From assembly GCA_964467905.1 (NCBI GenBank), contig CAYXSY010000007.1, forward strand, positions 116 to 64,115: DNA of 64,000 nucleotides, in the 5' to 3' direction. This DNA comes from an uncultured Planctomycetales bacterium (GTDB lineage Bacteria > Omnitrophota > Gorgyraeia > Gygaellales > Profunditerraquicolaceae). The notes under the pieces are model-generated. The model saw only the letters and a program-made list of their open reading frames with translations, was not told the DNA's origin and made no database searches. Below are positions 46,401 to 55,955 of this stretch, piece by piece; within the stretch, counting starts at the first letter, position 1, and each line of letters starts with the position of its first letter. The position numbers were made by a program, and so were the translations under genes.

Positions 46401-47931
46401 TTCGATTGAGGATTTGGCACAGCTGATATTTGATTTAAAGAATACCAACCCCCGTGCGCGAGTAAGCGTTAAGCTTGTATCCGAGATAGGAGTAGGGACA
46501 ATAGCTGCCGGAGTAGCTAAAGGACATGCTGATATGATTTTGATTTCAGGGGGTGACGGCGGCACAGGAGCTTCCCCGCTTAGTTCTATAAAACACGCAG
46601 GTCTGCCTTGGGAATTGGGAATCTCCGAGACGCATCAGACTTTGGTCCTAAATGATTTAAGAAGCAGAGTAAGGCTGCAAGCCGACGGACAGATGCGCAC
46701 CGGACGAGATATAGCAGTTGCCTGTCTTCTGGGAGCGGAAGAATTCGGGTTTGCTACGGCAGTCTTGATTACTCTTGGTTGTGTTATGCTGAGGCATTGC
46801 CATTTAAATAATTGTTCAGTGGGCATAGCTACGCAGGAAGAGCTATTGTGCAATAAATTTCATGGTAAGCCGGAGTATATAATTAATTATTTTAGATTTG
46901 TGGCTGAGGAGTTGCGTGAGATTATGGCATCTCTTGGCTTAAGGACTATTAACGAGATGGTAGGTAGGACCGAGTTTCTGGAGATAAATAAAGATATACT
47001 GCCCTGGAAAGCAACGGGCCTGGATTATTCCCGCATTCTTTACAAGCCTAAGACAGCAAAGAGAGAGGATGTTTATTGTTCTGTTGCCCAGAACCACGGT
47101 CTGGAGAATATTTTAGATAAGAAATTAATAGTTTTGTCAGATAAAGCCCTTAAGAATAAACAAAGTGTTAATATGGAGCTTACGGTTAACAACACTAATC
47201 GTACTACGGGCGCGATGTTAAGCGGTGAAGTTTGCCGTCTCCACGCAGAGGAGGCTCTTGCAGAAGATACTATTTACTGTAAGTTTAGGGGAGTTGCCGG
47301 ACAGAGCTTCGGTGCTTTCCTGGCTAAAGGTATTACTTTTGAACTTGAGGGTATGAGTAATGATTATGTAGGGAAAGGGATTTCAGGTGGCAAGATTATC
47401 ATTTATCCTGATCGTAAAGCTAGGTATGCACCGGAAGAAAACATAATTATAGGTAATACTACTTTTTACGGGGCGATAAATGGCGAGGCCTATATAAACG
47501 GTATAGCTGGTGAGCGTTTTTGCATACGTAATTCCGGGCTCCTGGCAGTAGTAGAGGGGGTAGGAGATCACGCCTGTGAATATATGACTGGGGGTAAGGT
47601 TGTTGTGTTGGGCAAAACAGGGAGGAATTTCGCTGCGGGTATGTCCGGAGGGGTTGCTTATGTTTATGATGAAAGTAATGATTTCAGAAATAAATGCAAT
47701 ATGGAGATGGTTGAATTAGGGGCCCTGGATAAAGAAGATAGAGAAAATCTGCATATGCTGCTTAATAATCACTATAGATATACAAAAAGTAATAAAACGC
47801 GCATTATACTTGATGATTTCGTGACTCAAGCAAAGAAATTTGTCAAAGTAATGCCGATTGAATATAAGAAGATATTAGAACACAAGAAGCTGGAAAAGAA
47901 AATGGAGCTTGCGGAGGTATCGGACGGTTAA
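43390..47931 (+). CDS. gltB: glutamate synthase large subunit
   Basis: 1513 aa. Ntn-amidotransferase Cys in HDACGVGF, a central domain, an FMN/3Fe-4S domain (SGEGGE, ISGGDGGTGASP, C..C cluster region), and a C-terminal GXGXG beta-helix domain. The exact start (43390 or 43399) is uncertain. Confidence 0.95.
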   Translation: MENMREYNHFPRKQGLYDPAFEHDACGVGFVCNIKGKRSNKIVRQGLEVLEHLSHRGATGADPKTGDGAGILIQMPHNFFAAILDGTNINLPVAGEYGTGLVFLPVDSAERNWCKDLFSKVIKEEGQVLLGWRKVPVDNSCIGHTARSSQPEIEQPFIKKSGEFSDDLGFERKLYIIRKRIENQVRSSKIRQKSFFYITNLSSRTFSYKGLLMSEQLRSFFKDLSDERIASAISLVHSRYSTNTFPTWDLAQPFRFIAHNGEINTLRGNINWMRARQGLLKSKLFGKKLKQIFPVIVPGGSDSATLDNVFELLMLSGRDLAHVMLMLIPSAWEQNKLLAKGLRDFYKYHACIMEPWDGPAAIAFSDGKRVGAVLDRNGLRPARYIITRDDTVVMASEVGVLDIPAEDIISSGRLNPGKIFFIDTEQGRIVDDKQIKEGISKKSEFGSWLKNNMLELDNLPSVKDKKPDKTDTAVLLKAFGYSREDLKFIIKPMFENSQEPVGSMGNDTPHAVLSKRSQLLYSYFKQLFAQVTNPAIDPIREELVMSLDTYLGPEGNLLDESALHCHKLQARRPVLTDEELARIRFIKINGFKTKTIPLLFKAADKKDFLRALERICRESEKAIKDKYTFIILSDRGVSKEHAALPALLATGAVHHYLIKKALRNQISIILESAEPREVHHFALLFGYGADCINPYLAYRALGYIINEEKTKIDLKTATLRYIKAVDKGILKILSKMGISTLQSYRGAQIFEAFGINDKVIERCFAGTASRIGGVDFEQIRKECVLRHGDAFVSIGSANPNLDTGGIYQYKKDGEFHLWNPDSISALQDSVWNNDYNKYKIFAGLINNQQGNPTTLRGCLKFKVAQPVPIEQVESAESIVRRFVTGAMSFGSISKQAHETMAIAMNRMGAKSNSGEGGEDPERFFPLPNGDLRRSAIKQVASGRFGVTTNYLINADELQIKIAQGAKPGEGGQLPGHKVSPIIAKTRYTTAGVTLISPPPHHDIYSIEDLAQLIFDLKNTNPRARVSVKLVSEIGVGTIAAGVAKGHADMILISGGDGGTGASPLSSIKHAGLPWELGISETHQTLVLNDLRSRVRLQADGQMRTGRDIAVACLLGAEEFGFATAVLITLGCVMLRHCHLNNCSVGIATQEELLCNKFHGKPEYIINYFRFVAEELREIMASLGLRTINEMVGRTEFLEINKDILPWKATGLDYSRILYKPKTAKREDVYCSVAQNHGLENILDKKLIVLSDKALKNKQSVNMELTVNNTNRTTGAMLSGEVCRLHAEEALAEDTIYCKFRGVAGQSFGAFLAKGITFELEGMSNDYVGKGISGGKIIIYPDRKARYAPEENIIIGNTTFYGAINGEAYINGIAGERFCIRNSGLLAVVEGVGDHACEYMTGGKVVVLGKTGRNFAAGMSGGVAYVYDESNDFRNKCNMEMVELGALDKEDRENLHMLLNNHYRYTKSNKTRIILDDFVTQAKKFVKVMPIEYKKILEHKKLEKKMELAEVSDG

Positions 47932-47932
47932 A

Positions 47933-49357
47933 ATGGGCGATATCAAGGGGTTCTTAAAGGTTAAAAGGGATACGGTCGATTACCGGCCGGTATGTGAAAG
48001 GGTAAACGATTTTTGTGAAGTTTGTCTTTTGCCTAAAGAAGAAAAGTCTAAGGCTCAAGCATCACGTTGTATGGATTGCGGCACTCCTTTTTGTAATTGG
48101 GCTTGTCCATTAGGAAATTATATACCGGAATGGAATGATTTTATGTTTAAGGGCAATTGGGAGAAAGCATTGGAGCTTTTATCGGCGACGAACAACCTGC
48201 CTGAGGTTACCGGCAGAATTTGCCCAGCCCTATGTGAATATTCCTGCGTTTTGGGCATTAATGACGAAGCTGTTTCTATCAAGGATAACGAGCTTGCAAT
48301 TATCGAGTACGGTTTCAAGCATAATTTAATCAAACCTAGGCCGCCGGAGCGCCGTACGGGAAAGAAAGTAGCTGTAGTCGGCTCGGGTCCGGCCGGGCTC
48401 TCTTGTGCAGATCAGTTAAATAAGGCAGGCCACAGGGTTGTTGTTTTTGAAAGAGATGATGCTATAGGCGGTATCTTGCGTTACGGGATACCGGATTTTA
48501 AATTGGAAAAAACTATACTTCAGCGGCGCCTGAATATTATGAAAAAGGAAGGCATCAAATTTATGACTTCGGTTAATATCGGGTTTGACATGGGTATAGA
48601 CAAGCTAAAGAAAGAATTTGATGCCATATGTCTTGCCGGTGGCAGCCGCGTTCCGCGCGATTTAAATATAGCAGGCAGAGAATTGAAGGGGATACATTTT
48701 GCCATGGATTATCTTATGCAGTCAAATAGGAGGATAGCTAAACAAAAAATAAGCCTAGAAAAGCTCATTGATGCTAAGGGCAAGAAGGTAGTAGTTATCG
48801 GAGGAGGAGATACTGGAGCTGATTGTGTGGGTGTCGCCCATCGTCAAGGAGCTTCCTGTATTGTGCAAATAGAATTGTTGCCTAAGCCTTCGGAATCAAG
48901 GACTAAAGATTTCCCTTGGCCGAAATACCCCGCAATTTTAAAGACTTCTACCAGTCATGATGAAGGCGGAGAGCGTCAATGGTCAATTCTCACCAAGCGT
49001 TTTATCGGAGAAGGTGGAAGGGCTAAAAAATTGCTTTGTGCCAAGGTTAATGTAATCAGGGATCCCTCCGGAGTTATTAAGATAGAGGAAATACGGGGGA
49101 CAGATTTTGAAATCGATGCCGATTTAGTTATTCTGGCGCTTGGGTTTTTGTGCCCTGAGAAAAAAGGCATTATCGAGGATTTGGGCCTTGAGCTTGATCA
49201 GCGCGGTAACGTTAAAACAGATATCAACTTTATGACTTCTATAAAAGGTATATTCTGCGCAGGAGATATGCATAGAGGACAATCTTTGGTGGTCTGGGCT
49301 ATTTTAGAGGCGCGTCGGGCAGCTCTTAGCATAGATAGGTATCTTATGTCTGATTAA
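47933..49357 (+). CDS. gltD: glutamate synthase small subunit (NADPH)
   Basis: RCMDCGTPFC and CPALCEYSC clusters, plus VAVVGSGPAGL and VVVIGGGDTGADC dinucleotide folds. Met at 47933 (MGDIKGF) follows the gltB stop by 1 nt. The track start at 47909 is rejected. Confidence 0.93.
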   Translation: MGDIKGFLKVKRDTVDYRPVCERVNDFCEVCLLPKEEKSKAQASRCMDCGTPFCNWACPLGNYIPEWNDFMFKGNWEKALELLSATNNLPEVTGRICPALCEYSCVLGINDEAVSIKDNELAIIEYGFKHNLIKPRPPERRTGKKVAVVGSGPAGLSCADQLNKAGHRVVVFERDDAIGGILRYGIPDFKLEKTILQRRLNIMKKEGIKFMTSVNIGFDMGIDKLKKEFDAICLAGGSRVPRDLNIAGRELKGIHFAMDYLMQSNRRIAKQKISLEKLIDAKGKKVVVIGGGDTGADCVGVAHRQGASCIVQIELLPKPSESRTKDFPWPKYPAILKTSTSHDEGGERQWSILTKRFIGEGGRAKKLLCAKVNVIRDPSGVIKIEEIRGTDFEIDADLVILALGFLCPEKKGIIEDLGLELDQRGNVKTDINFMTSIKGIFCAGDMHRGQSLVVWAILEARRAALSIDRYLMSD

Positions 49358-49388
49358 AAAGTGAGCATCTGTGGCTTTGCGTTTGGTA

Positions 49389-49497
49389 TTGACTTATAAT
49401 TATGTCGTGGTATAATTTAAGTGTAATTCAGGGTAGAATTGCTATAAAACAATGGCGTTTAGAGATAGGAAAATTGTCTCTAAGCGCCATTTTTATT
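49389..49497 (+). promoter_or_regulatory. promoter plus canonical dual-hexaloop (ANTAR-type) attenuator of the pyrG-carAB-purF operon
   Basis: TTGACT (49389-49394), 16-nt spacer, TGgTATAAT (49408-49416). P1 GTAATTC-AGGGTA-GAATTGC at 49423-49442. 4-nt linker. P2 AAAC-AATGGC-GTTT at 49447-49460, overlapping a 14-bp terminator stem (49452-49465/49477-49490) followed by TTTTATT. Confidence 0.75.
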
Positions 49498-49514
49498 GAG
49501 TAAAAGGAAAGATT

Positions 49515-51122
49515 ATGCCTAAATATATATTTGTTACCGGCGGGGTGATATCAAGCTTAGGTAAGGGAATAGCTTGCGCGTCTATCGGCAAGATACTTGA
49601 ATCCCGGGGGATAAAGGTTACCCTGATGAAGCTTGACCCTTATATAAATGTTGACCCCGGGACTATGAATCCTTATCAGCATGGCGAGGTATATGTTACT
49701 GAAGATGGAGCCGAAACGGACCTTGATTTAGGTCATTATGAGCGTTTTACTAATGCCGAAATGACCAAGTTTAACAATGCCACAAGCGGCAGTGTCTATA
49801 ATTCAGTTATTTTAAGAGAGAGGCGCGGCGATTATCTGGGGAAAACTATACAAGTTATCCCGCATATCACTAACGAAATAAAAGACAGGATTAGGAGGGT
49901 CGCCGATACATCTGGGGCAGAGGTAATATTGGTTGAGATCGGCGGCACTGTCGGGGATATAGAAAGTCTCCCTTTCTTAGAGGCAGTCAGGCAATTTAAG
50001 CTCGACATTGGCGAAGGCAATGTTTTATACGTCCATTTGACCCTCGTTCCATATATAAAATGCGCCGAAGAAATAAAAACCAAACCCACCCAGCATAGCG
50101 TTGGCACACTAAGAGAGATTGGTATACAGCCAGATATACTTATTTGCCGTACAGAGAAGCCGCTTTCAGGTGAAGTTAAAGAAAAGATTTCTTTGTTTTG
50201 CAATGTAGCTAAGGAAAGCGTGATTGAGGCCATTGATGTCGATACTATATATCGCCTGCCACTGGTTTTTAAGTCGCAGGTTTTAGATGAAATAATATTG
50301 AGTCATTTTAAACTGATACGTAAGTCTTCGGATTTAAAGGATTGGGAAAAAATGGTAGTAGATAAGACCATAAACCCCAAGAAAGAGGTTAGAATTGCCT
50401 TAGTCGGCAAATATATAGCGCTTCAGGATGCGTATAAATCCATATATGAATCTTTAGTCCATGCAGGGATACACAATGACGCCAAGGTTTATATTAAGAA
50501 AGTAGATTCTGAAGAGATAGAAGAAAAAGGCGTGGAGTGTATGTTGGCTGATGTCTGCGGCGTGTTAGTCCCGGGAGGATTCGGCTCAAGAGGCATTGAG
50601 GGAAAAATCAAAGCTATCCAATACGCACGTAAGAATAAGATTCCGTTTTTCGGACTATGCCTTGGTATGCAGTGCGCAGTTATTGAATTTGCGCGGCATG
50701 TTTGTGCCTTGGGGGGAGCTAATTCTACAGAGTTTAACATTAAAACCAAACATCCGGTTATAAGCTTGCTTGCTCAACAGCGTAATATTAAAGATCTCGG
50801 CGGGACAATGCGCCTGGGATCCTATCCGTGTAAAATCAAGAAAAGAACCCTGGCTTATTCGGTGTATTCTAAAGACCTTATCCATGAGAGGCACAGGCAT
50901 CGCTATGAATTCAATAACAAATACCGCAGCGTCTTAGAGAAAAAAGGCATGATTTTCTCCGGGATATATGCTAAAAAGGATTTGGTGGAGATAGTTGAAT
51001 TGAAGGACCATCCGTTTTTCATCGCTGTTCAGTTCCATCCAGAATTCAAGTCTAAACCTGATAAAGCCCATCCTTTATTCAGGGATTTTATTAAGGCGGC
51101 AGTCGATAAAGCAGAAAAATAA
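49515..51122 (+). CDS. pyrG: CTP synthase
   Basis: [18 protein letters not shown], and a GATase domain with GLCLGMQ and HRHRYE. Confidence 0.95.
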   Translation: MPKYIFVTGGVISSLGKGIACASIGKILESRGIKVTLMKLDPYINVDPGTMNPYQHGEVYVTEDGAETDLDLGHYERFTNAEMTKFNNATSGSVYNSVILRERRGDYLGKTIQVIPHITNEIKDRIRRVADTSGAEVILVEIGGTVGDIESLPFLEAVRQFKLDIGEGNVLYVHLTLVPYIKCAEEIKTKPTQHSVGTLREIGIQPDILICRTEKPLSGEVKEKISLFCNVAKESVIEAIDVDTIYRLPLVFKSQVLDEIILSHFKLIRKSSDLKDWEKMVVDKTINPKKEVRIALVGKYIALQDAYKSIYESLVHAGIHNDAKVYIKKVDSEEIEEKGVECMLADVCGVLVPGGFGSRGIEGKIKAIQYARKNKIPFFGLCLGMQCAVIEFARHVCALGGANSTEFNIKTKHPVISLLAQQRNIKDLGGTMRLGSYPCKIKKRTLAYSVYSKDLIHERHRHRYEFNNKYRSVLEKKGMIFSGIYAKKDLVEIVELKDHPFFIAVQFHPEFKSKPDKAHPLFRDFIKAAVDKAEK

Positions 51123-51126
51123 AGAT

Positions 51127-52206
51127 ATGAAAGCAATATTAGCATTAGAAGACGGAAAGACCTTTAAGGGGCATTCTTTCGGTGCTCAGGGAGAATGTTC
51201 CGGGGAAGTTGTTTTTAATACCAGCATGACCGGTTACCAGGAGATATTGACTGATCCTTCCTATAAGGGGCAGATTGTTGCTATGACTTATCCGTTGATA
51301 GGAAACTACGGAGTCAATAGAGATGATGTAGAATCACGCAAGCTATTCCTTGAGGGTTTTGTAGTAAAAGAATACAGTAAAATAGCAAGCAATTGGCGTT
51401 CTCAGGAAGATATAGGAGATTATTTAAATAAGAATAATATCCTTGGTGTCGAAGGTATAGATACAAGGGCTCTTACCTTGCATATAAGGCATGCTGGAGC
51501 GATGAAGGCTGTTTTGTCTACAGTTGATTTAGATGAGAAAAGTTTAATCCGTAAGGCCAAGAGTTCCCCCGGATTAGTGGGCATAGATCTGGTAAAAGAG
51601 GTGTCTATCCGCAAGCAATATACTTGGGATAAGGCTAAGCATAAGTTTAAGGTTGTCGTACTTGATTGCGGAGTAAAGTATAATATATTGCGTAGCCTGC
51701 TTAAGCGTGACTGCCAGGTTATAGTGGTTCCGGCTCGCACAGGCTATGATGAGATTATGAAGCTTAAACCCGATGGCGTGCTTCTTTCTAATGGCCCGGG
51801 AGACCCGGCTGTAGTCTGCTATGTAGTCGATACAACCAAGAAGCTTATCGGTAAGATACCGGTATTTGGCATATGCTTAGGCCATCAGATGATGGGCTTG
51901 GCTTTAGGCGCTAAGACTTACAAGCTGAAGTTCGGACATCACGGGGCAAACCACCCGGTAAAAGATCTGCGCACAGGTAAGGTTTATATAACTTCTCAGA
52001 ATCACGGTTTCTGCGTGAATATAGATACGCTTAATAAAAAGGAAATAGAATTAACGCATATGAATCTCAATGATAATACCCTTGAGGGTTTGAAACACAA
52101 GAAATTCCCTGCTTTTTCAGTGCAGTTTCATCCTGAAGCTTCTCCCGGTCCGCAGGAATCAGCATATTTGTTTGATGAGTTCATTAAGATGATGAAGAAT
52201 AGATAA
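51127..52206 (+). CDS. carA: carbamoyl-phosphate synthase small (glutaminase) subunit
   Basis: GICLGHQ catalytic Cys, a QFHPEA His/Glu motif, and the N-terminal CarA-specific domain. Confidence 0.93.
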   Translation: MKAILALEDGKTFKGHSFGAQGECSGEVVFNTSMTGYQEILTDPSYKGQIVAMTYPLIGNYGVNRDDVESRKLFLEGFVVKEYSKIASNWRSQEDIGDYLNKNNILGVEGIDTRALTLHIRHAGAMKAVLSTVDLDEKSLIRKAKSSPGLVGIDLVKEVSIRKQYTWDKAKHKFKVVVLDCGVKYNILRSLLKRDCQVIVVPARTGYDEIMKLKPDGVLLSNGPGDPAVVCYVVDTTKKLIGKIPVFGICLGHQMMGLALGAKTYKLKFGHHGANHPVKDLRTGKVYITSQNHGFCVNIDTLNKKEIELTHMNLNDNTLEGLKHKKFPAFSVQFHPEASPGPQESAYLFDEFIKMMKNR

Positions 52207-52209
52207 AAT

Positions 52210-53862
52210 ATGCCTAAACGCACAGATATTAAGAAAATATTGATTATCGGCTCAGGCCCTATAGTTATCGGACAGGCATGCGAGTTCGATTATTCTGGTT
52301 CGCAGGCATGCAAAGTATTAAAACAGGAAGGCTACAAAGTAGTTTTGGTTAACTCTAACCCCGCGACAATTATGACCGATCCCGAGATAGCAGATAGTAC
52401 TTATGTTGAGCCGATTACTCCGGAGATGGTTGCAAAAATTATAGCCAAGGAAAAACCCGATGCTATTCTGCCGACTCTTGGTGGACAGACCGCCTTAAAT
52501 ACTGCTGTCAAGCTGCATGAAATGGGCGTGTTGAAGAAATATAAAGTAGAGACCATAGGGGCAGATATTAAGTCCATCAAAAAAGGTGAAGATAGGCAGT
52601 TGTTTAAAAAAGCCATGCAGAAGATAGGCCTGGATTTACCACGTAGTGGACAAGCCTATAATCTTAATCAGGCTATTGAAATCGCACGCTTAATAGGTTT
52701 CCCTGTGATTATCCGCCCGAGTTTTACCTTGGGAGGTACTGGTGGCAGCATAGCTTATAACATAGAGGAATTCCGGGTATTAGCCAAGAGGGGCCTAGAG
52801 TCTAGCATGATTAGCGAAATATTGATAGAAGAATCGGTTATCGGATGGAAAGAGTTTGAGCTGGAAGTCATGCGTGACTTAAAAGATAATGTCGTCATAA
52901 TTTGTTCTATAGAGAACTTTGATCCTATGGGTGTGCATACGGGAGACAGCATTACTGTAGCGCCTATCCAGACTTTGACAGACAAAGAATATCAGCGTAT
53001 GCGCGATGCATCAATTGCCTGCATAAGAGAAATCGGGGTTGCTACAGGAGGCTCAAACATCCAATTTGCAGTAAACCCTAAGAACGGACGCATGGTAGTT
53101 ATCGAGATGAATCCCAGGGTTTCCCGCAGCTCGGCTTTAGCATCTAAGGCTACGGGTTTTCCTATTGCAAAAATAGCCGCCAAGCTTGCCGTAGGCTATA
53201 CTCTTGATGAGATAGCCAATGATATAACCAAGCAGACGCCGGCTTGTTTTGAGCCAGCTATAGATTATTGTGTGGTAAAGATACCGCGTTTTACTTTTGA
53301 GAAGTTTTCTTCGGCGGATCCTACGCTCGGGGTTTCTATGAAATCAGTAGGTGAAGTTATGTCTATCGGCAGGACTTTTAAAGAGGCGCTGCAGAAGGCA
53401 TTAAGATCGCTTGAAATAGGCTTAAGCGGACTGGATAATCTAAAAGAAGATGTACCCGATGAAGACCTGAAGAATAAAATATCTTCGCCCAACGCCCTGA
53501 GGATATTGTATATAAAATATGCGCTTCAAAACGGATATACGATAGACAAGATTAATGAATTGACTGGTATCGACAAGTGGTTTTTAGAAAATATCCGCCA
53601 GATAATAGAGTTAGAAGATAAAATAAAACAGGGATTGAAATTAGAACAGAGCCAAAAAGCTTTCTCTTTATTGAGGCAAGCTAAGGAATGGGGATTTTCT
53701 GACCGGCAATTAGCTAGAATGTTAGAATATGATGAAGAAACTGTAAGGAGCTGGCGCAAAAAAATCGGGATAGAGCCGAGTTACAGGCTGGTCGATACTT
53801 GCGCCGCGGAATTCCAGGCGTTTACTCCTTATTATTATTCTTCTTACGAACAGGATAAATAA
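52210..53862 (+). CDS. carB: carbamoyl-phosphate synthase large subunit, N-terminal half only (split CarB)
   Basis: [20 protein letters not shown], an ATP-grasp domain ([16 protein letters not shown]) and the oligomerisation domain. It ends at ...[22 protein letters not shown], exactly where full-length CarB continues into its second ATP-grasp half. purF starts 2 nt later. Confidence 0.85.
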   Translation: MPKRTDIKKILIIGSGPIVIGQACEFDYSGSQACKVLKQEGYKVVLVNSNPATIMTDPEIADSTYVEPITPEMVAKIIAKEKPDAILPTLGGQTALNTAVKLHEMGVLKKYKVETIGADIKSIKKGEDRQLFKKAMQKIGLDLPRSGQAYNLNQAIEIARLIGFPVIIRPSFTLGGTGGSIAYNIEEFRVLAKRGLESSMISEILIEESVIGWKEFELEVMRDLKDNVVIICSIENFDPMGVHTGDSITVAPIQTLTDKEYQRMRDASIACIREIGVATGGSNIQFAVNPKNGRMVVIEMNPRVSRSSALASKATGFPIAKIAAKLAVGYTLDEIANDITKQTPACFEPAIDYCVVKIPRFTFEKFSSADPTLGVSMKSVGEVMSIGRTFKEALQKALRSLEIGLSGLDNLKEDVPDEDLKNKISSPNALRILYIKYALQNGYTIDKINELTGIDKWFLENIRQIIELEDKIKQGLKLEQSQKAFSLLRQAKEWGFSDRQLARMLEYDEETVRSWRKKIGIEPSYRLVDTCAAEFQAFTPYYYSSYEQDK

Positions 53863-53863
53863 A

Positions 53864-55234
53864 ATGTGCGGGATATTCGGAATATACCCTCATAAGGATG
53901 CAGCACGTTATACCTACCTTGGGCTTTATGCATTGCAGCACAGAGGCGAGGAGTCCAGCGGGATAGTGTCCCGTTGCGGCAGGAAAGTATATCTGCATAA
54001 ATCTACCGGTTTGGTCAGTGACGTGTTTAATGAGAAAAATATACGCAGTTTAAAGGGCGAGCTTTCGATAGGGCATGTGCGTTATTCTACCACAGGCAGC
54101 AGCAATATTAAGAATACCCAGCCTTTTTATGTAAAGTCAAAGATAGGCGATATCGCTATAGCGCATAACGGTAATCTAGTTAATACGTTGCAGCTAAAGG
54201 CTGAATTAGAAAATAACGGTGCTATATTTCAGACTACGATGGATTCAGAAATTGTCGCGCATCTTCTTGCACATAGTAAAACCAAAGATTATAAACAGGC
54301 TGTTATAGAATCTCTGTTAAAGTTAAAAGGTGCCTATTCTTTAGTATTTATGCTTAATGATATACTTATTGGTTCAAGGGATCCATTTGGATGGCGTCCT
54401 TTGTGCTTAGGCAGGTTGAATGGGGCCTATGTTTTAGCAAGCGAGACGGTGGCCTTGGATTTGGTGGGAGCTAAATATGTAAGAGACATAGAGCCGGGGG
54501 AAATAGTCTTTATCCATAAAGATAGTTTCGAATCCGTAAAACCTTTTGGTAGCAGCCCGCATGCATTCTGTATATTTGAATATATTTATTTTGCGCGTCC
54601 CGACAGCAATATCTTTGGTAATAATGTTTACAGCGTAAGGAGGAAGTTGGGTGAACGGTTGGCAAAAGAGCATCCGGCAGACGCAGATTTAGTTATGCCT
54701 ATACCTGATTCCGGTACATATGCTGCTTTAGGTTATTCTAACGCAAGCGGCATACCTTTTGAGTTCGGTATGATCCGTAACCATTATATAGGCAGAACCT
54801 TTATTCAACCTAGCCAGGATATGCGTGATTTCAGGGTGAAGGTTAAGTTAAATCCTCTCGGCGAGGTATTAAGGGGCAAAAGAATAGCTATTATAGAAGA
54901 TTCTATTGTCAGAGGCACGACAAGCAGGATGAGGGTAAGAGCCTTGCGTCAAGCAGGAGCTAAAGAAGTCCATATGCGCGTCAGTTGCCCGCCGCTGAAA
55001 TACCCATGTTTTTACGGAATAGATTTTCCTACGAAAAAAGAACTTATAGCCTCAGGCCACGATATTAAATGGATTAAGGATTTTATAGGAGCAGATACTT
55101 TGGAGTATTTATCTCTTGAAGGGATGCTTTCTTCTATGCCTCTGCCGAAAGAAGAATTTTGTACCGCCTGTTTTACCGGAAAATATCCGGTTAGCCCGTC
55201 TTGCCGCCTTTCAAAGTGTGCCCTGGAAAGATAA
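53864..55234 (+). CDS. purF: amidophosphoribosyltransferase
   Basis: MCGIFG N-terminal Cys nucleophile, a PRTase motif (IAIIEDSIVRGTT), and [4Fe-4S] Cys residues (CPPLKYPCFYGIDFP; CTACFTG). Confidence 0.93.
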   Translation: MCGIFGIYPHKDAARYTYLGLYALQHRGEESSGIVSRCGRKVYLHKSTGLVSDVFNEKNIRSLKGELSIGHVRYSTTGSSNIKNTQPFYVKSKIGDIAIAHNGNLVNTLQLKAELENNGAIFQTTMDSEIVAHLLAHSKTKDYKQAVIESLLKLKGAYSLVFMLNDILIGSRDPFGWRPLCLGRLNGAYVLASETVALDLVGAKYVRDIEPGEIVFIHKDSFESVKPFGSSPHAFCIFEYIYFARPDSNIFGNNVYSVRRKLGERLAKEHPADADLVMPIPDSGTYAALGYSNASGIPFEFGMIRNHYIGRTFIQPSQDMRDFRVKVKLNPLGEVLRGKRIAIIEDSIVRGTTSRMRVRALRQAGAKEVHMRVSCPPLKYPCFYGIDFPTKKELIASGHDIKWIKDFIGADTLEYLSLEGMLSSMPLPKEEFCTACFTGKYPVSPSCRLSKCALER

Positions 55235-55238
55235 TATT

Positions 55239-55829
55239 TTATTTGACAGGATTCTCGAGTTTTCTTATTTTCTCAATCATCAATACATCGTTATTCTTTT
55301 GCGACAATTCCTTAGCGCGCGACAAAAAATATGAAGCTTTTTTCCCTTCTTTATTAACCAGAAGTATTAACCCTATATTATAATATATTTTAGGATTTTC
55401 TTTGTCTAATGAGAGTGCGGTATCAAGATATTTTAAGGCCTGGTTATAATCTTTAAGATAGGCATATGCGGCTCCGAGATTTATGTATGCGCTTGTAAAA
55501 TCCGGCTTAATACGAACAGAGTTATTAAAATCTTCTATTGCTTTATCGTATTGCCCTAAATTAGCGTGTATTATTCCAAGGCGGTAATAGGCCTCGGAGT
55601 ATGAAGGATTTATTTTTATGCTTTCCTCAAGGAGGGCTATGGCTTTTTCATTCTCTCCTTTTTCCGATAAAATAGCGGCCTCTGACAGTTTAGCTTCTGC
55701 ATCTTGGGATGATGGCTGTTTTTGTTCAATGGTGATTTCTGGCAGGGGGTGATTGGTGTTATCTGTTTGGGCCTGCAGAATACCTGAAAGGGCAAAAACC
55801 AATGGCACGGATATAATTAATACTCGCAT
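55239..55829 (-). CDS. secreted TPR repeat protein
   Basis: The only convincing minus-strand gene. Signal peptide MRVLIISVPLVFALSGILQA, then three or four TPR units (AYYRLGIIHANLGQYDKAIEDFNNSVRIKPDF...). Confidence 0.7.
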   Translation of the reverse strand: MRVLIISVPLVFALSGILQAQTDNTNHPLPEITIEQKQPSSQDAEAKLSEAAILSEKGENEKAIALLEESIKINPSYSEAYYRLGIIHANLGQYDKAIEDFNNSVRIKPDFTSAYINLGAAYAYLKDYNQALKYLDTALSLDKENPKIYYNIGLILLVNKEGKKASYFLSRAKELSQKNNDVLMIEKIRKLENPVK

Positions 55830-55899
55830 AATTTAATTCTATCAGGTAATTTTTATAAAACAATACAAATATGATATTTATGGTTAGTCTTTATAACTA

Positions 55900-55928
55900 T
55901 TGAAGAAGGGTTTAATTGGTAGTAAAAT
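55900..55928 (+). promoter_or_regulatory. sigma70-type promoter for the 55956 operon
   Basis: TTGAAG (55900-55905), 17-nt spacer, TAAAAT (55923-55928). Confidence 0.4.
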
Positions 55929-55955
55929 AATAAAAATATCAAAGGCCGCGATTAG

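Noticed and set aside
49417-49497. The pyrG leader as a PyrR-binding attenuator, or as B. subtilis-type CTP-sensing reiterative transcription.
   Set aside because: There is no PyrR loop consensus (..UCCAGAGAGG..). There is also no GGGC-type initially transcribed sequence with a complementary pyrimidine tract in the terminator 5' arm. The dual A..G.. hexaloop layout fits ANTAR better.
55116-55383. Small plus-strand ORFs (72 and 60 aa) overlapping the purF 3' end and the convergent TPR gene.
   Set aside because: They overlap two well-supported genes. No RBS and no motifs.
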